A stretch of DNA of 64,000 bases from Trichoplax sp. H2 (lineage: Eukaryota): NCBI GenBank assembly GCA_003344405.1, contig NOWV01000002.1, forward strand, positions 186,001 through 250,000, given 5' to 3'. Position numbers and translations under genes: made by a program. Below the pieces are notes generated by a model. It had not been told where the DNA came from. It searched no databases and was given only the letters and a program-made list of their open reading frames with translations. Below, piece by piece: positions 56,962 through 64,000 of the stretch; within the stretch, counting starts at the first letter, position 1; every line of letters starts with the position of its first letter.

Positions 56962-59900
56962 TTACGATAAGAAGGTAATGACTTCGGTACCACCGCCAGC
57001 AACCATAACTACCTTTGATAGTTTATCGGTTAACACAGAAATGAATTCCAGATCTGTAATACAATGTCAGTTAAGGTTCATATTTATGATATTTGAAATA
57101 TGAGTTATATTGGTACGAATTTTGGGCATATCAAACACTTTCTCAAGGATACAATTTCTGTCCTCAGAATCTGAGCTGGGAAGGACAGGTAAATTAATAA
57201 ATACTGCTTCAGCATCAGTTGACTTTTCTACAATGACTCTATTAAGCTTCACAGCGGCATCCATGCGCCTCAGATTGCCTTCGAAACTAATATGGGTAAA
57301 AATAAATGTAATTTCGATCTTACGATTAGAATGGAAAAAGCGGTATTAACCACAACGTAATAAGAAGTATAGGAAAATGTGATGTCCATGTCATACAATT
57401 AATACCTACAGCACACTGTCAACAATTTACAAGGCTGAATATACTTACGGCTTTGCGCTTCGTAATTTTCGGTAATAAGAATTATCTGCACCAAAAGAAG
57501 GCCTATCGGCATGACGTGAGGCTCCAAGGACACTTAAAGATGATGCCTCATTTGCTCCTTCATCAATAGCAGTAACGGCAAATTTCGACTTTGAAAATTT
57601 ATGTTGTAAATGCTTGTCATCTTCATTATTAGTTGGCTCAATAACTTTGACATTGAATCTGGATTCAGTTACTTTCGTTTCTTTGTCACCATCTGGTTCT
57701 GTATGACTACTTGTAGATGAAGTAGCGGTATCATCACTTCCTACAACTTTAACAGCAAATCTACCTACTATGTTTTGGGATGTTTGCTTAGCATCCGAAG
57801 GCGTTTCATCCCCTTTCGGGAGAGAACGGAAAGGATCGAATACACTCTTCGCCTATGTTGTATCCAATGTAAAAATTAAATACTGTTAACTACTTTATCA
57901 AACACGATGGTTAGTACAAGGAGTTAAAACCAGTCATATTGAAGACAGAATAACATTTGCTAGGATACCATGTCACTTTCTAACAAACTTTAACCAGTAC
58001 CTTATCTTGCTCTTTTCTCGAAAGCTTCATCTTATTTAAAACTTCATTCCTTTGTTCCATTCGCAAAGTTCTTTCATACGTATATGCCGATATATCGTTA
58101 TCAGTCATCTCAACAACTTCTACATAAGCATCAATTCTTAGATCGTATACAAGCTTTTTCATATCCTGTTCCAATTTAATACTATTATCTTTCATTTGAG
58201 CAACAGTAAAGATTCGTAAACGACAATTTCGCCAAACTTTGTGCTGCTTAAATAAGAATGGCAGAAGCATTAAAAGACCACCATCATGAACAATCCACCA
58301 TATATCGATATTTCCATTAAGTCTATCACTTCGTTCAGGGAAAAGGCTGATATTTTTAGGGATAACGACTGCCATCTTCTTTGCTAATGCCGTTCGGATA
58401 ACACGTACAAGTAATCGCCATGACGATTTCGAAGGCCAATTATCAGGCCAATTCAGAACAACTGTATTTGGCTTCAAGCCACCCATACCACAACTTTGAA
58501 TACTTTGAAATTTTAAGTAAAATTAAAATTACGTTGCCTACTTGTACTTAAATATGTAGAAAATGTTGACATTTTAAATATGATATACAACATAGTGATA
58601 AGACTTACAGATCACACAGTCCCTGAACGACATCTTTGGAAACGATTACATCTGTAAAGCCCTTAATTTTTTCTTCGCTCATACAACCTTTCAGAGTCTA
58701 ATCATTTTATGATGTGGTGATAAAGTTAAGAAGTTTAATAATTATGTACTCATTGATAAAATATAGATAATAAAGAGTATTAGCGGTACTAACGTTCAGA
58801 ATATGGGTGTATATAGTATAGTACTCGATTGACTGGCGATATATATATCTATAGTACGATTTACCGTAACATTAAGTAAATATTAAAAGCATCTATGCTG
58901 ACCTCTCTCACTTCGTCCGCTTGTGCGGCATTATTGGTAACGTCGCCTTCTACCACAGAAGCTGCTATTGTCAGTCCTTTGCCTGGTACATGATAAGCAC
59001 ATAATTATGATAAGTTAATTCCAGTTGTGAAACAGCGGGGTTACATGCTAAGCCATTAAAACTGGTATATTCAATGTTGTTATCTCAGGTACCTTTTTTC
59101 AGCTGTGAGGCAAAACTTAGCATTCGCTGGTGCAGTGGATTTTCTGAGTGCTTATTCAATTTGGCCAAAACCAACAATTGTGGCCTGGAATAAGTAGATA
59201 CGATTTACAAAGTTGCTTATATTTTTAAATTATTTGTTAGCATTAATTTAGCAGACCTCCAATTTTTTGTATGTGGCGGACCATCTTCTAGGTGTAAGAG
59301 GCTATGACGCGCAGTTTGCATGGCTAATCCCCGTAGTCCATCACCCCACTCTTTTCTCGCACTATCGTAATTCAAAGTAAAGGTAAGAAATTTTTAGAAA
59401 TACAATGTTAAAAAAAGCAAAAAAAATAATTGTAGTCATCTTCATAATGATGAAGTACTTACCCCGAATATTCAATGTATTTATATATGACGCAAGCTAT
59501 AGCAAGCGCTCCCAAAGCGTAATACCACCCAGTAATGATCATCATGGCGATACAAAGTCCTAGCCCAATTAATGACCCAGTCCAATGAAAGTATCTAAAT
59601 CGTGGTCGCCAACTCGGTGCTTTTAAAAGAGATTGGAGGGTGCAAGCCAGATTGACAAATGAGTAGCACATCAAGAAAAAGCTGCAGCAGAATAAAAACA
59701 AAGAAATACGATCAGTAAAAAAGATGATATTATCTGCTTTAGACACCTTCTTACTTGGAAATGAACACTGTTATAAAAACCTACATTGTAATAATTGGTG
59801 CTACACTATCTAAGCTAGCAATTATAATTCCAATCTCCGCAATGAAAAAGGTTAATATTAGAGCCCTTGTTGGTTCTCCACTCTTTGAGGTTACTTTGAA

Positions 59901-62900
59901 GAAGTCTAGTATAGGGATGATACTATCGCTGGCAATAGCTTGCAATAAGCGTGGAGCTCTATTACCATGAAGAATTTCAAATATTAGCAACAACACCCAT
60001 ATTAATTTTGAAATGTTAACGTTGATAAGAAAATATTTCACGTTAAATACTCTACTTTAATGCTTCACTTAAACTAACCCAGTTAAACTTTGTAATCCTG
60101 CACCAACAGTAGATAAGAAAGACCCAATCAGCATTACCCATGGATGTGGCCAGCACAGTTCACCAAGAACGAGGGAACCTTTTAGGCTTGTACCAAATTT
60201 ATCTCTTAACAAAGGGCCTTCAATTGTTGCTCCCATAAGAAGGACACAAGTTAGGTATACCAGAGATGTAGTGACAATTGCTGCAATTGTTCCTTTCGGA
60301 ATTGATTTTTGTGCATCTTCTAAATCACCAGATCTATTGGAGCCCGCCATAATTCCTTTAAAATAATTGAATGAAATATCGGATAAATTTTACCTTTCGT
60401 TAACAGCATTAACAATTACAACTACTGGGGCATTACTTCATTAACTTGATATACTGTAAATGTAATACCTGTAACGGAAGGAAAGAAGATTGCAATTAAA
60501 ACCGTAAAAGATGTTGTAATATCGGCTGCGACTTGATTTCCTACAGCTTTTACACCTGGAGTGGTTTCACCTTTAGACATATATTTACTGAGTGCATTCT
60601 CTAGAGTAAAGATAAAATTGTATGAGTTTATTGGTTTCTAAGATATTTGCACCATTTTAAAATTCTTGTGGTGATGTTGAATTTTTTAATTTAATAAGTA
60701 ACCTGTGAAAATTCCGCTGGCTATTCCGGGAATTCCAGGTATCTCTCTCAAGAGAGCTAATTCTGATGCATTATAGAGATCACTCAAAAATGTTGAATTT
60801 GGTGAGCAGGTGTAGTTACCACTCATCAACAGTTTATCTCCAATCAGGCAAATCCTATATTAAAATATTTTCAAAAATCATTAATCTGGTAATTTTTTGT
60901 GTTGATCGACAGCAGTAGAACAACTTTAGTACTTTGATCTATCGTGAAAACTTTTCTATATTTTGAACGATTTTACCTTGGTCCAATGTCGGGATTGGCA
61001 ACAATGACCCCAATATAAATAGATATAATAGACACAATAACGCATGCCAAAAAAAAGGACGCGAATTTATTGACATATTGTACACCAATAAAGACAATGA
61101 GCGACAGAATGAGTAAAAGGATTGTTCCGTAAACTCTCATGTTGTTAAACATTTCCTGGCTAATTCCACCATCAGCACTTGGTTGTATTTCACCAAACAA
61201 CGACAACATTGGAGCCATATAAGTCTAAGGAGCCATTTATAATATTTATTAATATTTAATTTATATAGTTAAAGGCTGATATAGGTGTCTTATATTGAAA
61301 ACCAACAATGTGTAAGTCAAGCATTGGCCAAGCTAGTAATACTAACTAATAAGATTTCGATAGCTCCTAAAATGTACATTGAAGCGGCGAAAGTCGTTGC
61401 CAAGTAAAACAGTATTCCTACTGCGCCACCGAATTCTGGACCCAAAGAGCGAGAAATCATAAAGTACGAACCACCAGCTAAAAAGAGAAATAATCCAAAC
61501 ATTTTTAGAATAGCGTTTAAGATTTATACTTTTCGCTATCTGTTATATAGGGAAAATGAAAGCCACTCACCTGGCACTTTGCCATTTGTTGCAATAGCAC
61601 TCATTGATATTGCCGTTAACAAAGTCTGTCAAAGAAATTTTGAATTTCAAGATATTGTTTACAATTAAATGTAATCTAAGAATCGAATTCTAATTTCTAA
61701 GAATGGAACATACTGTACAACAGGATAAGGCAACTACTAAGAAAGCTTGAAGGACACCAGCACTACCAACTATCCATGTCAAACGGAGAAATAGCAATAC
61801 GCCGAAAATATTTTGAAGAGTAGGAAGATAAACTCCAATTAATGTTCCCATTTTATTTCGCTGTAAGAATAAAGCAATGGTATAATATTTAATTAAATAT
61901 TTCAGTTACTATATTGTATCATATAAAGTACTCTTAAGTATTCCATTTTAGCACTAAAATATTTTAGTTAAACTTGCTACAGTATTAAGATGTGACATTT
62001 TCATAGCAAGCATAACGCCAGGAATCAATCTACTATGTATTGATACTTCTAAAAGGAGACAGTCATACTGACTTTGACAGTGACTTGCTCCGAGACAGCA
62101 TCCTGATCTTTTGTCTTTTCCATGTTGCTCACACCAGGATTATAACTGGCAACGCTGCGAAGAAAGTTTGTAAGCAGTGGCCTTTTCCCTTCGCCCTATC
62201 GTTGAGGATAAGAGGATATTGCAGATAGTAACAAAAAATGAGTTACGGTGAATGAAAATTCATTCGACATACTTGTATTTTTAACGTTTAACGTAGTGAT
62301 AAAGATGACATCATCTTTATGACAATTACAGTATACGTGAAGCAGCATAAAGGGCTAAAATGAAGCTATTACACTGCTCAAAATTTTAACTGCAGATAAT
62401 TGTTGTTACCTCATATAAGGCAAGGCCTCCTTCATTCGTTTCGACTACATCACGTGCACGATAAATGTTTTTGAAAGGTTCACCAGTACTTCTCCTATAA
62501 TTTACCGCTGGACCATTATAACAATCAATTTAGTGTCTAAATCAGTCCATTGTTGATTTTATATTGCACCATTCTATTTACTGACTATCCATATGCTCTA
62601 TTCTTAAGTGATCAGTTATGAAATGGACTATTTGATGTCGTCATAATTTGGTCAATTTCCACGGCCGTCGTCTGTACATGTACAGTACGTGTTCAAGTAG
62701 AAAAAGGGCAATTTGATATCACAAGCAATTTCACCAGTATAGTTATCATCAACATCAACTCTGTTATTCTTAATGGGTATCAACATCTATTGGTAAAGTA
62801 CTAACGCAACATTCAATTAGATATTTCACAAGGAAGTCGCAGCAAGTGGTTGTCCATGTATGGAATGATGATGATATTAATTCATTATATCATTAGCTAT

Positions 62901-63530
62901 CTCAACTGCATTCTATTCCATCATGAGTACGTAACAGTCAGTCATTCATGAAGGTTCACTATACTTGTTACTGTCTCTATCTACTCTACTTGAATCATTT
63001 TAAAGAATATGGCGAAAGTAGTAGGCTACACATATACAGTAAACGAAAGCAGTGAACATCGATGAACGCGTTGAAAATGAATTAATACAGTCCAGTTGCA
63101 TACGAATAGAGTAAATGAGTACAGTAATGCGTTGAGCAAGGACTTTGTACTCCTTCTATGTTTAGCAATGATACGTCTCTAGTTTGAATAGTCGTTGTCA
63201 TTTCATCAGTACATTGAACATCACTATGATAGCTGTATTTATCCCACGAATGGCTGAAAATAAAAACGAGGCATAAAGAACTAGTACTACCCTAACTCGT
63301 GTCCATAGCCTCAAAATGATATGGGTAGCCAAGGGCGACCGATTATTCGAACACGACCAAGTCCAACAACGCATTCAATATGAATATGCACCCTTCTCGA
63401 CTAACATGATACTATAATACCATCAGCAGAAATACTCACCATGATCATCTAAGTGTATCTCTACAAAGTCACCCTCATTGACCTGGTTATTTTCTGTTCT
63501 TAGATCATATTTGCCAGAATTGCGAGCCAT
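56962..63530 (-). CDS. K-Cl cotransporter (SLC12A4-7/KCC family); about 20 exons
   Basis: Probable ATG at 63530 (exon 63530-63440 splices in phase to LALYE). Motifs: [94 protein letters not shown] and the end [11 protein letters not shown]. Confidence 0.95.
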
Positions 63531-64000
63531 TTTCCCAATTTTGGAGGATTGAAAACTTTTCCAAGATGACCTTCAGCATCTCTCATGGTACGCAAGCTGT
63601 CCAAACAGTCCCTTGATATTACAGTGTACAGTACTGTACACTGTAACAGTACTGAAGCCCACTCTAAGCAAAATGGATGTCATTGGTTGTGGCTCATTGA
63701 CTATGCCATACTTGTACGCTTTAGGAAAAGAGTGGATAAAGCTATCTTTGTACCCTGTACTGTACAGGCCTAGAACAGATCTATCCACTTATTTCATTGA
63801 TCTCTATGGATAAGGTAATGTCTGTTACTTAGCTCTGATAGTGACAGTACAGCACAGATTTCGAGCAGGAACTCTTCAAGATCGGAGGTCTTACGATATG
63901 AACGAAAAGCTGACAGGGTGACATCCGTTTCCACGCAGAATGTCTCACTGGGCTACAATGCAATGTACTGTACTTAATTGGGCGTGACCTGCTACTGTAA

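Overview
AT-rich, gene-dense eukaryotic nuclear DNA with many short spliceosomal introns. Gene content and composition point to an early-branching animal, most consistent with a placozoan such as Trichoplax (inference). Twelve protein-coding genes could be reconstructed by hand: NEK11-like kinase (5' end outside the window), BTBD9, WRNIP1, an intronless class A GPCR, SYS1, ORC6, DECR1, COX4, a C20orf96-like gene, PSME3IP1/FAM192A, HIBCH and a KCC-type SLC12A transporter. The main observations beyond the gene list are: (1) three strong and one candidate minor-spliceosome (U12) introns, one apparently with AT-AT termini, plus a GC-AG intron; (2) dense TACTGT/ACAGTA tracts marking housekeeping promoters; (3) SPAK/OSR1-type RFxV docking motifs in a C-terminal insert of the KCC, with none in its N-terminus; (4) a palindrome-embedded RFX X-box inside a U12 intron; (5) a tandem duplication of the COX4 promoter and start codon; (6) two tandem arrays directly upstream of BTBD9. 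A 20-N gap has near-identical flanks that look like uncollapsed haplotypes. No rRNA, tRNA, CRISPR array or autonomous transposon was recognised. Exon boundaries were read by eye and may be off by a few bases.
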